Positions 24,998 through 37,041 of a stretch of 64,000 nt of DNA are shown here, in pieces (the stretch's first letter is position 1; each line of letters begins with the position of its first letter). A model generated the notes under the pieces. The model was given only the letters and a program-made list of their open reading frames with translations. It did no database searches and had not been told where the DNA came from. Source of the DNA: Dendrobates tinctorius (Eukaryota); assembly GCF_039654945.1 (NCBI RefSeq), contig NW_027362003.1, positions 1 through 64,000 of the forward strand. Reading direction: 5' to 3'. The position numbers and the translations under genes are program-made.

Positions 24998-26022
24998 TTA
25001 ATTAAAAGCAAACAATTCAATCTCACTATTCAAGCCATTAGGGACCAATGTGTTCATTTCAAAGATCAATCTGCTTTCTTCCCTTGACATTTGTTGGATA
25101 AAGTTCCCTTTCCGCCAGCTTTTTTTAACCACTCTAATGCCGGTAAATTTAACGTTCTTAATAGAGCCCCCATTATAATTACTAAAATGGTGTGAAAGTG
25201 GGTGACCCGTAAATCTATTTCTAATATTCCGCAGATGTTCGGCTATCCGGACATGCATTGGACGTATTGTGCGTCCTATATACAATTTCCCACAGGGACA
25301 TGTGATACCATATATGACCCCTGTAGTTTCACATGTTATAAAGTCTTTAATTTGTACCTCCACAGATTTATTTGTGATCACTACTTGTTTTTTAGAGGTC
25401 AATTTTTTACAGGGGCCACACTTTCTACAAGGAAAAAACCCCACTGGTAGTTTTTCTAAATTTGATGTACCATTACTTAGAGGCTTGGATATAGAGGGAG
25501 GTATCAAATTGCCCAAATTCTGAGCCTTCCTGAAGATGAACCTGGGGTATAGTGGTAAAGATTCCCCTATAACCTTATCATTTCTCAAGATGTTCCAATG
25601 TCTCCTAACAATTTTTTTTAAGAATTATACTGTTGGCATTGTATTGTGTGATTATGGGGATTTCTTCCATAAGGGGATTGCCCTTTTTACTCTTCCGTTG
25701 TTCCAGTAATTGATCCCTTGGAATCTTCTCCACTAATTGTTTCGCTTTTAATAGAGACATTGAATCATAACCTTTATTAGAGAACATCTTCATCATTATC
25801 TCTGCCTCTTTATTAAAATCCTCCCTTTTCGAACAGTTACGATGAGCTCTAATTAGTTGACTTTTTGGAACATTTAGCAGCCAGCTAGGTAAATGGCAAC
25901 TATCAAGTGAAATGAAATTATTAGAATCAGTAGGCTTATGATATAGTTGTGAGCCAATAGTGTTATTTTCTACAAAAATTTTTAAGTCTAAAAAGTTTAT
26001 TTCTTTTGAACTGGTGGTCATC
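24998..26022 (-). pseudogene. Penelope RT C-terminus and GIY-YIG endonuclease, inverted copy with a frameshift near 25610
   Basis: ORFs 25605-26039 and 24998-25588; VIYGITCPCGKLYIGRT. Confidence 0.88.
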
Positions 26023-26450
26023 TCAAGGATAGCACCCATATTTTGGGTATTTTAAAGAACATAAAATGGTGTGACCATTATATTATGGGCACACTTGATA
26101 TCACTTCTTTGTATACAGTTATCCAGCATAAAAAGGGCTGTGAAGCAGTGGAACACTTCTTGAGGATGGATGGTTTATTACCGTGTGATCAAATTGAATA
26201 TCTTCTTGAATGTATAAATTTTATTTTAACTCATAACTTCTTCCGTTATGGGATGAACTACTACCCCCAGCATTGGGGTACAGCCATGGGCACGAGGTTC
26301 GCTCCTAGCTACGCAAATCTTTACGTGGGGAGATGGGAGCAGGAAACCATCTATCCCGACGGCAGGCTACTAGCTAACCTAGTGCTATGGCATCGATTCA
26401 TAGATGACATTGTTTTTATATGGTCTGGTGGTCCTCTTTTATTGGAACAA

Positions 26451-29400
26451 TTTTTTTTTTTGAACCAAAGATTTTTTATTATATTCAAATGCCGTTTACA
26501 TTACATGCAGGCAAAAGCCTATGCAAAATCCAGAACATATACAAAAAAAAATATACGACATTCGAGTTACCCCCCTCATAAGAAAGCCCCCCCTCCTCCC
26601 TCCTCCCTCGCCCCCCCAGCCTAATTGCCATAAGACATTCTCAATAAGGTTGACTCTACTGCAACCACTTAGACCAAAGTTTTTCAAAATGCACCTCTTT
26701 GTGTCGTCGTCTATAAACTCTTTCTTCTAACCGAACTACATTGTTCACTCGTACAATAAATTCCCCAACCGTCGGGGGCTCGGCATCGATCCATTTTTGT
26801 GCGATCAGTTTACGGGCAACATATAAAAGTTTTGCTATAATTGGCTTATATGCATTTCCCACAGACACTTCCTCCACATACCCCAACACACACGTTATGG
26901 GGTCCCTTCCCACTCCACATTGGTATATCTTCTCAATTTGTTCAATAACCTCCCCCCAATATGAGGAGAGTCTTGGGCAGGACCAGAGCATGTGTAACAT
27001 TCCCGCGGGCTCAACTCTACATCTTGGACATTCCGCATTGTCCCTCAGGCCCATTTTTTCCATAAGTTCCGGGGTTTTATACGTTCTATGTATGATGTAC
27101 AGCTGCGATATCCTACCCGGTTCACTCAATGAAAGTTTGGGTATATATTCTAATATAGTGTCCCATATTTCATCTTCTATCTGTCCCACTTCCCTCTCCC
27201 ATTTAGCTTTTGCCTTTAGGGGAAACCTAATCATGTGGGAGTACAATAGGTCCCGGTAAATGGTGGAAATAACTCCCCTCGTACCCCCAGACGCGCACAC
27301 ATAATCCAACACAACATCTTTTTGTACCGTCATATGTGTCATATGTTTCTGTGCCTGGAATGCATGCCTGAGACCGAGGTATCGAAACTCCCCGCTGCTC
27401 GAGAGCCCAAACTCCTCTTTTAATACAGAAAATGGCTTGATTTCCGTCCCCTCCAGTAACTGCCACATATATTGCAATCCTTTCCTCTCCCAATCACCAA
27501 AATCCTTCAATTTACACAGTTCTGATAGGCTTGCATTATCCCAAATAGGCGTGTATATCGTCAATTCCCCAATTCCTCTGAGACTCTTAATATTTTGCCA
27601 TATTTTAAGCATTAACCTAAAAGTAGGTAGTCCTTTTCCATGACTCACAAAGCATCCCGCCTCCAGACTCTGTATTAATATTTTTTTATTGGTCAGTTGG
27701 GCCAAAATTTTTCCCATAACATTTAAATTTCCCTCCTCTTGCCAACCTCTGAAGTGCTGCGCTTGCATTGCTGTAAAGTATATCCATGGGTTTGGTGCCG
27801 CCAGCCCTCCTTCCTCCTTCCCCCTTTGGAGCACTTCCAGTTTAAGTTTTGCTTGTTTTTTCCCCCAAATTAGTTCCCTAAAAATAGTATTAATTTTATA
27901 AAATCTTCTCTTTGGGATCCACACTGGGGTATTATGGAGAATATACACCAACTGAGGCATCATTATCATTTTAAGTAGGTTCGTCCTCCCTACTATTGAC
28001 AATACTAGTTTACACCATGCTGTCATCTTGGCTTTAAGTTTAACTAATAAAGGATCCAGGTTTAATTCGAGAAATCTAGATATAGGCATTGATACCCATA
28101 TTCCGAGGTATTTAAATTCATTAACTACTTTCAGCTGTCCATCCACCCCACCTATATGTGGACATCCCAATTCCCGGTCAATCCCCATGATACATGATTT
28201 GTCCCAATTAATTCTCAATCTGGAAAAGGATCCAAATCTTTCTATAAGGGCCATAACCTTAGTCAACGAATCTCCCCCATCTTGCAGAAAAAGGAGTATG
28301 TCATCTGCATATAGGGCAATCTTTTCCTCCAGATTCCCATATCTGAAGCCCTGTATTTCTGTGGAGTTATGAATTTTAATCGCTAATGGCTCCATCGCCA
28401 CCGCAAATAGCAACGGCGATAAGGGGCATCCCTGACGAGTTCCTCTGAACAACCCAAACGACTCCGAGGTCTCCCCGTTAATCCTAATGTACCCTTTTGG
28501 ATCCGCGTATAATAATTTAATCCAGGAAATAAATCTATGTCCGAATCCCATTAACTTCAATACTGCCCATAGATAATTCCACTCTACCCTATCAAATGCC
28601 TTTCGTGCATCCAGCGAGGCCACCACCCTTTCCCCTACATTATCTGCCGGGAGTTGTATATTAAGAAAGAGTCTACGTAGGTTAATGGCGGTAGATCTAT
28701 TTTGTAAAAAACCCGATTGGTCTGGATGTATCAATTTTTGAACAACCCCAGACATTCTTATCGCCAACATTTTAGCTAATATTTTAACGTCTGACGTCAA
28801 TAACGAGATGGGTCTATAGGATTCAACGGATGAGGCATCTTTCCCCTCCTTAGGAATAACCACAATTACGGCCTCCCTCATAGACCTCGGCAAAGCCCCT
28901 CTCTCCGCTGCATCTTCAAATACCTCCTTAAGTTTAGGTGCTACGACCTCTATTAGTTCCTTATATGCTTCTCCCGGGATACCGTCAGAGCCAGGTGACC
29001 TATTATTTGCCAATGACAGAATAGCCTTCTCCACTTCCTCTACAGTAAATAATTCTTCCAGATTCTGTTTATCAGTATCATCTAACTTAGGTATCTCTAT
29101 CTCTTGTAAATATCTATCCATTTCTTGTTCTCTAACCCCCAATTCTGAGGTATATAATTTTACATAGTATTCCCGGAAACATTCCAATATCCCAGAGGTG
29201 GCTTTATGAGTTACCCCATCCTCCTTGACAATTTTATATATCTGTGTGGACCCTTTCTGCGCCGCAGATATCACTGACAGTAAGTGTCCCACCTTTTCCC
29301 CTTCGTCATAGAACAGTGCTCTCTGGAATGCCCTTTTCTTGTCTATCCCTTGTAAATATAACTTATTTACTTCTTCTTGTGCTTCTTTTAATGCCTTTTT

Positions 29401-29452
29401 AGTGGCGATACTGGGCCTACGTATCATTTCCTCCTCTGCCCTGCTCAATCTG
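26451..29452 (-). mobile_element. 5'-truncated L1-clade LINE inserted in the Penelope RT
   Basis: Poly(A) tail (T run at 26451-26461), G-rich 3' UTR, TSD TATTGGAACAA at 26440-26450 and 29453-29463. Confidence 0.92.
26656..29452 (-). CDS. L1 ORF2, 5'-truncated (RT and C-terminal Cys-rich domain, no endonuclease), ~930 codons uninterrupted
   Basis: SPGSDG, YRPISLL, LDARKAFDRVEW, GTRQGCPLSPLLF, LYADD, CPRC...HMLWSC. Confidence 0.92.
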
Positions 29453-29733
29453 TATTGGAACAATTTTTTAATTCATTAAATAAAAATTCTTATTTTTTAA
29501 AATTTTCTATGACCACCAGTTCAAAATAAATAAACTTTTTAGACTTAAACATTTTTGTAGAAAATAACACTATTGGCTCACAACTATATCATAAGCCTAC
29601 TGATTCTAATAATTTCATTTCACTTGATAGTTGCCATTTACCTAGCTGGCTGCTAAATGTTCCAAAAAGTCAACTAATTAGAGCTCATCGTAACTGTTCG
29701 AAAAGGGAGGATTTTAATAAAGAGGCAGAGATA

Positions 29734-30531
29734 ATGATGAAGATGTTCTCTAATAAAGGTTATGATTCAATGTCTCTATTAAAAACGAAACAATTAGTGG
29801 AGAAGATTCCAAGGGATCAATTACTGGAACAACGGAAGAGTAAAAAGGGCAATCCCCTTATGGAAGAAATCCCCATAATCACACAATACAATGCCAACAG
29901 TATAATTCTTAAAAAAATTGTTAGGAGACATTGGAACATCTTGAGAAATGATAAGGTTATAGGGGAATCTTTACCACTATACCCCAGGTTCATCTTCAGG
30001 AAGGCTCAGAATTTGGGCAATTTGATAGCTCCCTCTATATCCAAGCCTCTAAGTAATGGTACATCAAATTTAGAAAAACTACCAGTGGGGTTTTTTCCTT
30101 GTAGAAAGTGTGGCCCCTGTAAAAAATTGACCTCTAAAAAACAAGTAGTGATCACAAATAAATCTGCGGAGGTACAAATTAAAGACTTTATAACATGTGA
30201 AACTACAGGGGTCATATATGGTATCACATGTCCCTGTGGGAAATTGTATATAGGACGCACAATACGTCCAATGCATGTCCGGATAGCCGAACATCTGCGA
30301 AATATTAGAAATAGATTTACGGGTCACCCACTTTCACACCATTTTAGTAATTATCATGGGGGCTCTATTAAGAACGTTAAATTTACCGGCATTAGAGTGG
30401 TTAAAAAAAGCTGGCGGAAAGGGAACTTTATCCAACAAATGTCAAGGGAAGAAAGCAGATTGATCTTCGAAATGAACACATTGGTCCCTAATGGCTTGAA
30501 TAGTGAGATTGAATTGTTTGCTTTTAATTAA
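29734..30531 (+). CDS. Penelope ORF C-terminal part with GIY-YIG endonuclease (fragment of a disrupted ORF)
   Basis: CRKCGPC...TCETTGVIYGITCPCGKLYIGRTIR...PNGLN. Confidence 0.85.
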   Translation: MMKMFSNKGYDSMSLLKTKQLVEKIPRDQLLEQRKSKKGNPLMEEIPIITQYNANSIILKKIVRRHWNILRNDKVIGESLPLYPRFIFRKAQNLGNLIAPSISKPLSNGTSNLEKLPVGFFPCRKCGPCKKLTSKKQVVITNKSAEVQIKDFITCETTGVIYGITCPCGKLYIGRTIRPMHVRIAEHLRNIRNRFTGHPLSHHFSNYHGGSIKNVKFTGIRVVKKSWRKGNFIQQMSREESRLIFEMNTLVPNGLNSEIELFAFN

Positions 30532-30589
30532 TGAATATAGAGGCTGGACACTGTGGGTATATAAGCGCCTATTTGATTCCTATAGACCA

Positions 30590-30629
30590 TCTCTGAGGAA
30601 GGAATCCGGTGATTCCGAAACGCGTAAGA
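30590..30629 (+). ncRNA. Minimal type I hammerhead ribozyme in the Penelope pseudo-LTR
   Basis: tct-CTGAGGAA-ggaatc(cggt)gattcc-GAAA-cgcg-TA-aga: catalytic boxes, 6-bp stem II, palindromic stem III, short stem I. Confidence 0.85.
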
Positions 30630-31111
30630 CAGCTTTTTGGTCAAACTTGCGCTCACTAGCCAGTCACGTGGCTCTCCACGTGACCGTGACGTCACGCAAG
30701 GTCCTGCAGGTTCTGCTACCTTGCTGGCTTTGAATCTATTCGCGCGGTACTTTCGCCGGGCATCGGCGGCGGTCACGCGACTAGATGGACGTCTGTTACC
30801 GGCCGGAACAGCGTCCAGTACCTACGGTCTCCACCTGAGCCTCAACAATTTGAAGACTTGTACCCTTATCGTTACCACTGACTGAACCGCCATTCCTGTA
30901 AGGAGACACCGCTCCAGCACGGATCCCTTCACTAGCTCATAACCTACTAGATCGAAGGTATTGCTATGCAAGTTTTTTGAACCAGCTTGACTATGGTCAA
31001 TTTCTAACAGCATTATCCTGTGTGGGAGAAGGAAAGAGTGTACTTAGTTTACATATTTATTTTTTATGTTTTGTTTAGTATTTAACCTGCTAGCGCAAAT
31101 AACTAATTTGT

Positions 31112-32431
31112 ATAGATTTAGACAAGTGTTGGGCTCCACACTCCATGCTGCAATAGATGTATGTGGGAAGAGGCAATCTATGCCTTTTGCAGTCCTAATG
31201 ATCTGGAGAGAGCCAACCGATCACACTACCAATTGCTATTTCTGCTTGGTGTCCTCCATTAGGAAATCAGTTTCATGGAAGAAGACATGGACTTCACAGT
31301 ATAATGGCAATGCACTAGGTCCAGTTCCAGTTAGTTGTGCAGTCCATATGAAATAAACCTATGACCACATGAAACAGCTGATGAGGTGCCTGAACTATGA
31401 CCAGCATTTGTGGCTCCTCTGTGATGACATAAAGTTGATTGCCCTCTTACTTGGTTTCCAGGGCGGATACACAAAGCACTGCTGCTTTCTGTGTGAGTGG
31501 GATAGTCGTACAACCGAATATCACTACATTGAAAGAGACTGACCTCTCTGACATTCACTTTAGCCAGGGAGTAGAAATGTCCTGCATTTGACCCACATGA
31601 GATTTTGTTACCACCGTTGCACATCAAGTTGGGTTTAATGAAGAACTTTGTAAAGGCAATGGATAAAAATGCAAAAGCATTCAAGTGTCTCACTGATAAA
31701 TTTCCAAGGTTGAATGAAGCAATGATAAAGGAGGGAGTCTTTATTGGAGCTCAGATTCATAAGCTTCTTCAAGCTGAGGAGTTTCTCCATTCATTGTAGG
31801 AAAGACTGCATGGGTAGCATTCGCATTAGTGGTAACTAATTTTTTGGGAAATACAAGAGCAGATAACTGTGAAAAATTGGTAGAAAACACATAAGGATCT
31901 TGGCTGTAACTTGTCCTTCAAGATTATTGTCTTACTTTAGCATCTAGACATTTTTCCACCAAGCAGTGAGCGATGAGCACAGTAACAGATTTCACCAAGA
32001 TATCGCGGCTATGGAGAAAAGATGTCAAGGAAAATGAAATCCATCAATGCTTGCAGATTACTGTTGGACGATTGTAAGAGATGATCTGCTGCAGGAGTAC
32101 AAGAGACAAGCAAAAAATTGTCACTAAATGAAGACCAAATTTGTGGTGCAATTTCTGTAACTGTTTAGAATTCGCAGCAGGGTTTACACAGGTTTTAGTC
32201 ATTTGAAATGTTGCCGAGATTCCTCAGAATAAATAACACAAAAGTGGCATAACAATCTTTATATTTGCAAAAATAATAATGTTTCAAAGTAATTAAACTT
32301 TTCTGCATTAATGATATGTAGCAGTAAAGGGAAGACTCTTTGATACAGAAAAAAAAGCCAACTAAAAATTTTTATAGTCAGATTTTCATTCAGGATGTCA
32401 AAATTATTAAGAAATGGCTCATCTCATCACT
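31112..32431 (+). mobile_element. Degenerate Chapaev3-like (CMC) transposase remnant
   Basis: MPFAVLMIWREPTDHTTNCYFC, GYTKHCCFLCEWDSR, LPPLHIKLGLMKNFVKAMD, IKEGVFIG; family assigned from recalled motifs. Confidence 0.7.
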
Positions 32432-33269
32432 GAACCTGACAAGTTTTGAAAATATGAAGAACATAATCAATGGGGCCTCTGCACAAGTGATGAAAATGTA
32501 TACTTGAATTCTGTTTCTTTCTCTAAATGTGACAGGCAAATGGAATATACAGAAATGTGTACATGGCCTTACTTTAATAAATCAATATTTTCTTTAAATA
32601 CAACCCATGTTCATAGGGACTAAGGGTTTCAAGCGTTGGATTCGTGGAAGGGATATGAGACAGGTTAGGGGTGCAGAATACTTGCCAAGCCCCATGCGCT
32701 AGCAACCCACACTAGGTCACTGATGTCATCTCCCTATTATCTATGGACCTTACACAAGCCTGACCTTGTTACAAATATCTCCAGTCCAACCTTCTCTGAA
32801 GTGGCTGCCATTGTTATATCATTGCACATTTTATATCCATATTGGCTCAATAGCTTGTGATAAGTGAATTTAGTGTTATATATAATCCTCTTGTCTCCAC
32901 AAATGGATGCTCCTTTGGTCGTTTAGAACTGAACCATGCACCTACTGGATGTACCACGTTCTTTTGTCTCATTGTTTGGTAATTTGTTTCTATGGCTCGT
33001 CGTTTTACTTACTTTTTATCTCCTCAATTATAAAGCACTACTGTATATAAAAGTGCAATATAGATTAAAATCGCATCTCATTGACACAATATCCACGTTA
33101 GAGATGAGCGAATATGTTTGGAAAACGATCGACAAACATAAATTTGGCACGAATATGGTAGATTCGGATTGGTGATCGGTAACTTGAGCATTTTTCTTAA
33201 AATTGGAAAAAGTCGGTAACAGCGCAGGAAAATAATTGTGCTGACAATAAAGTATTTTAAAGTAGATGA

Positions 33270-34949
33270 TAACTTCTGTCAGGGAGTGTATGTCACATAT
33301 CCATGTTACGTAAATAAAAGCTTATAACCTGACGTTAAATTCATCCATTGGTTGTATAAATTATTCTTTTGAAAGCTGAAACCCTCCGAAATGTGGTTTA
33401 GGTTAAGAAAATAAATTGCCATAAATGCAGAAATATTGATCATATAATGGACACAGAATGGTCAGATTTTGGCAAGACAAAAGTTTTGTAACCTGGTCAT
33501 ATAATGCACCCAATCCTAGTTTACATCCTCACCTGTGACAGTAAATGATCGGTTAATTAGTGGGTGTGTATAAAAAGAAACCCAGCACCCCAGACCTTCA
33601 CTTGAGCTGCAACTTGAGCTCTAACAACATGCCAAAAATCCACCCTGCGACCAAAGCCTGGATTATCAAGAGGCTGAAGACCAGATCCACTGCAGAGGTG
33701 GCTGGCACCTTTAATGTGTCTCAGCGTCAAGTACAAAGAATTAAAAAAAGATTAGAAGAGACTGGAGATGTGTTTGACAAGCCCAAGTCCGGCAGACCCT
33801 GCAAGACAACTGCACAGGAGGTTTGTTGGTTAGAAAATCCAAAGCAAGCCCTTCTTCCACTGCAGCAGAGCTCCAACAGGCCTGGTCACCTCAAGTCCCT
33901 GTGTCAGCTAGAACAGTTTGTAGGATTCTGTCTCGAAATGGCCTCCATGGTCGAATCAGTGCCCAGAAGCCAGCACTAAACAAAAGGCAAATAAAAAACC
34001 GTGTGGCATTTGCAAAGTTCCACAGCCTGCTAAACAGATGGACGCTGGAAAAGTGGCAGAAGATGGGTTTCTCTGATGAATCTTCAGTAGAATTACACCA
34101 CAGTAGCCACAAATACTGCAGGAGACCTACTGGAGCCCGTATGGATCCAAAATACACCCAGAAAACAGTTAAATTGGGTGGTGGAAAGATCATGGTCTGG
34201 GGTTACATTCAGTATGGGGGTGTGCGAAACATTTGCAAGGTGGAAGGCAATATTAATAGCCTAAAATATCAAGAAGTATTAGCTACCTCTTATATTCCAA
34301 ATCATAAAAGGGGTCAAATTCTGCAGCAGGATGGTCCTCCATCTCATACATCCATCTGTACAACAAAGTTCCTCCAGGCAAAAAAGATCAAGGTGCTCAA
34401 GGACTGGCCAGCCCAGTCACCAGACATGAACATCATTGAGCATGTTTGGGGTAGGATGAAAGACGAAGCTTGGAAGACAAAACCAAAGACTCTAGATGAA
34501 CTCTGGGAGGCATGTACGACTGCATTCTTTGCTATTCCTGATGACTTCATTAATAAATTGTATGAATCATTGTTGAACTGCATGGATGCAGTCCTTCAAG
34601 CTCATGGAAGTAACACAAAATATTAAATATGACTCTAATAGCACCACAGCTTCATTCACCAATGTGATGCAACATATATTTGTATATTAAGTTAATTATT
34701 TGTTTGAATATCACATTACTTTCTGTGGCCGACAAAACTTTTGTCTTGGTAAAATCTGACCATTCTGTGTCCATTAAATGATCAATATTTCTGCATTGAT
34801 GGCAATTTATTTTCTTAACCTAAACCACATTTCGGAAGGTTTCAGCTTTCAAATTAATAATTTATACAACCAATGGATGAATTTAACGTCAGGTTATAAG
34901 CTTTTATTTCCATAACATGGATAAGCGACATAACTTCTGTCAGGGAGTG
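33270..34949 (+). mobile_element. Tc1/mariner DD35E (Traveler-type) transposon with ~220-bp TIRs
   Basis: Long inverted repeats at about 33270-33490 and 34730-34949; transposase gene inside. Confidence 0.9.
33629..34626 (+). pseudogene. DD35E transposase with a single frameshift near 33820
   Basis: MPKIHPATK...GRP, FSDESS, QQDGPPSH...SPDMNIIEHVW; 35 residues between D and E. Confidence 0.88.
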
Positions 34950-34975
34950 TAGATAGATAGATAGATAGATAGATA

Positions 34976-36589
34976 CAGTCATATGTAAAAGTTTGGGCAC
35001 CCCTATTAATGTTAACCTTTTTTCTTTATAACAATTTTGGTTTTTGCAACAGCTATTTCAGTTTCATATATCTAATAACTGATAGACTCAGTTATATTTC
35101 TGGATTCAAATGAGGTTTATTGTACTAACAGAAAATGTGCAATCTGCATTTAAACAAAATTTGACTGTGTAAAAGTATGGGCACCCTTATCATTTTCTTG
35201 ATTTGAACACTCCTAACTACTTTTTACTGACTTCCTGAAGTACTAAATTGGTTTTGTAACCTCATTGAGCTTTGAACTTCATAGCCAGGTTTATCAAATC
35301 ATGAGAAAAGGTATTTAAGGTGGCCTCTTGCAAGTAGTTCTCCTATTTGATTCTCCTATGAAGAGTGGCATCATGGGCTCCTCAAAACAACTCTCAAATG
35401 ATCTGAAAACAAAGATTATTCAACATAGCTTTTCAGGGGAAGGATACAAAAAGTTGTCTCAGAGATTTAACCTGTCAGTTTCCACTGTGAGGAACATAGT
35501 AAGGAAATGGAAGAACACAGGTGCAGTTCTTGTTAAGCCCAGAAGTGGCAGGCCAAGAAAAATATCAGAAAGGCAGAGAAGAAGAATGGTGAGAACAGTC
35601 AAGGACAATCCACAGACCACCTCCAAAGACCTGCAGCATCATCTTGCTGCAGATGGTGTCACTGTGCATCGGTCAACAATACAGCGCATGCATAACGCCT
35701 TTTTGTATGACCAAACAACTCAATCTTTGTTTCATCAGTCCACAGGACCTTCTTCCAAAATGTAACTGGCTTGTCCAAATGTGCTTTTGCATACCTCAGG
35801 CGACTCTGTTTATGACATGCTTGCAGAAACGGCTTCTTTCGCATCACTCTCCTATACAGCTTCTCCTTGTGCAAAGTGCGCTGTATTGTTGACCAATGCA
35901 CAGTGACACCATCTGCAGCAAGATGATGCTGCAGGTCTTTGGAGGTGGTCTGTGGATTGTCCTTGACTGTTCTCAGCATTCTTCTTCTCTGCCTTTCTGA
36001 TATTTTTCTTGGCCTGCCACTTCTGGGCTTAACAAGAACTGTACCTGTGTTCTTCCATTTCCTTACTATGTTCCTCACAGTGGAAACTGACAGGTTAAAT
36101 CTCTGAGACAACTTTTTGAATCCTTCCCTGAAAAGCTATGTTGAATAATCTTTGTTTTCAGATCATTTGAGAGTTGTTTTGAGGAGCCCATGATGCCACT
36201 CTTCATAGGATAACCAAATAGGAGAACTACTTGCAAGTGGCCACTTTAAATACCTTTTCTCATGATTTGATACACCTGACTATGAAGTTCAAAGCTCAAT
36301 GAGGTTACAAAACCAATTTAGTGCTTCAGGAAGTCAGTAAAAAGTAGTTAGGAGTGTTCAAATCAAGAAAATGATAAGGGTGCCCATACTTTTGCACCGG
36401 TCAAATTTTGTTTAAATGCAGATTGCACATTTTCTGTTAGTACAATAAACCTCATTTGAATCCAGAAATATAACTGAGTCCATCAGTTATTAGATATATG
36501 AAACTGAAATACCTGTTGCAAAAACCAAAATTGCTATTAAGAAAAAAGGTTAACATTAATAGGGGTGCCCAAACTTTTACATATGACTG
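34976..36589. mobile_element. Fold-back Tc1 derivative: two 5' halves in inverted orientation
   Basis: TA|cagtcatatgtaaaagtttggg...cccaaacttttacatatgactg|TA; ~710-bp arms each encoding the transposase N-terminus (MGSSKQLSNDLK...SGRPRKIS). Confidence 0.92.
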
Positions 36590-36927
36590 TAGAAAGCAAA
36601 AAACAGTGCGTTTTGATCTATTTCACTATAATTTTGTTAATAATTACAATTTGTAAATCCTATAAGTGTTTGGCATTTGTTATATGCTCACTGCTTGGAA
36701 AAGGTTCGCCATATGAACCTAAATGTCGCACTTATGGGTTAAATAAACAGCTCTTATTTCACTCAGAAAAAAACGGTGTGCTGTTCCTGTTTTTTGGATT
36801 CTTGCATTGAAAAGGTTTGGTTTATGCCTTTGGGAGCGCCTGCACCCGGACTCTCTCTTTTTGCGCTGCTCTGTTTTTTGCTTTCTACAGTGAATACTGG
36901 ATATTAATGTCTTCTCTCTATTTATAG

Positions 36928-37041
36928 TGGATTCTGACCCTCATTTTGTGATAAATGTCCCTGAGAAGAGTGACGCCCTGTGCTTCAATATTCAGGAGAA
37001 GCCGGGTGTGACCCTGAATCTTATCGAGGATAGACAGCCAG
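36928..37041 (+). pseudogene. itih3: ITIH-like exon containing the DPHF processing motif
   Basis: tttatag|...|gtatgt, 114 nt, open frame. Confidence 0.9.

Larger units (their letters stand above)
24313..31111 (+). mobile_element. Penelope-like element with inverted 3' duplication (arms about 24413-26022 and 29509-31111), interrupted by an L1
   Basis: RT motifs DITSLYT, GTAMGTRFAPSYANLY, RFIDD at 26043-26450 continue at about 29464 into thumb and GIY-YIG; near-identical reverse copy on the left; 16-bp direct repeat ATAGATTTAGACAAGT at 24297-24312 and 31112-31127. Confidence 0.92.

Noticed and set aside
26043-26624. 193-aa RT ORF with a novel Pro-rich C-terminus
   Set aside because: Chimeric read-through from the Penelope RT into the antisense L1 3' UTR
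32616-32663. Small AG/GT-bounded segment as an upstream ITIH linker exon
   Set aside because: No recognisable similarity; splice-like sites alone are insufficient
36955-37000. CCTGAGAAG motif resembling a hammerhead core
   Set aside because: No stem II/GAAA arrangement; it is coding sequence of the ITIH-like exon
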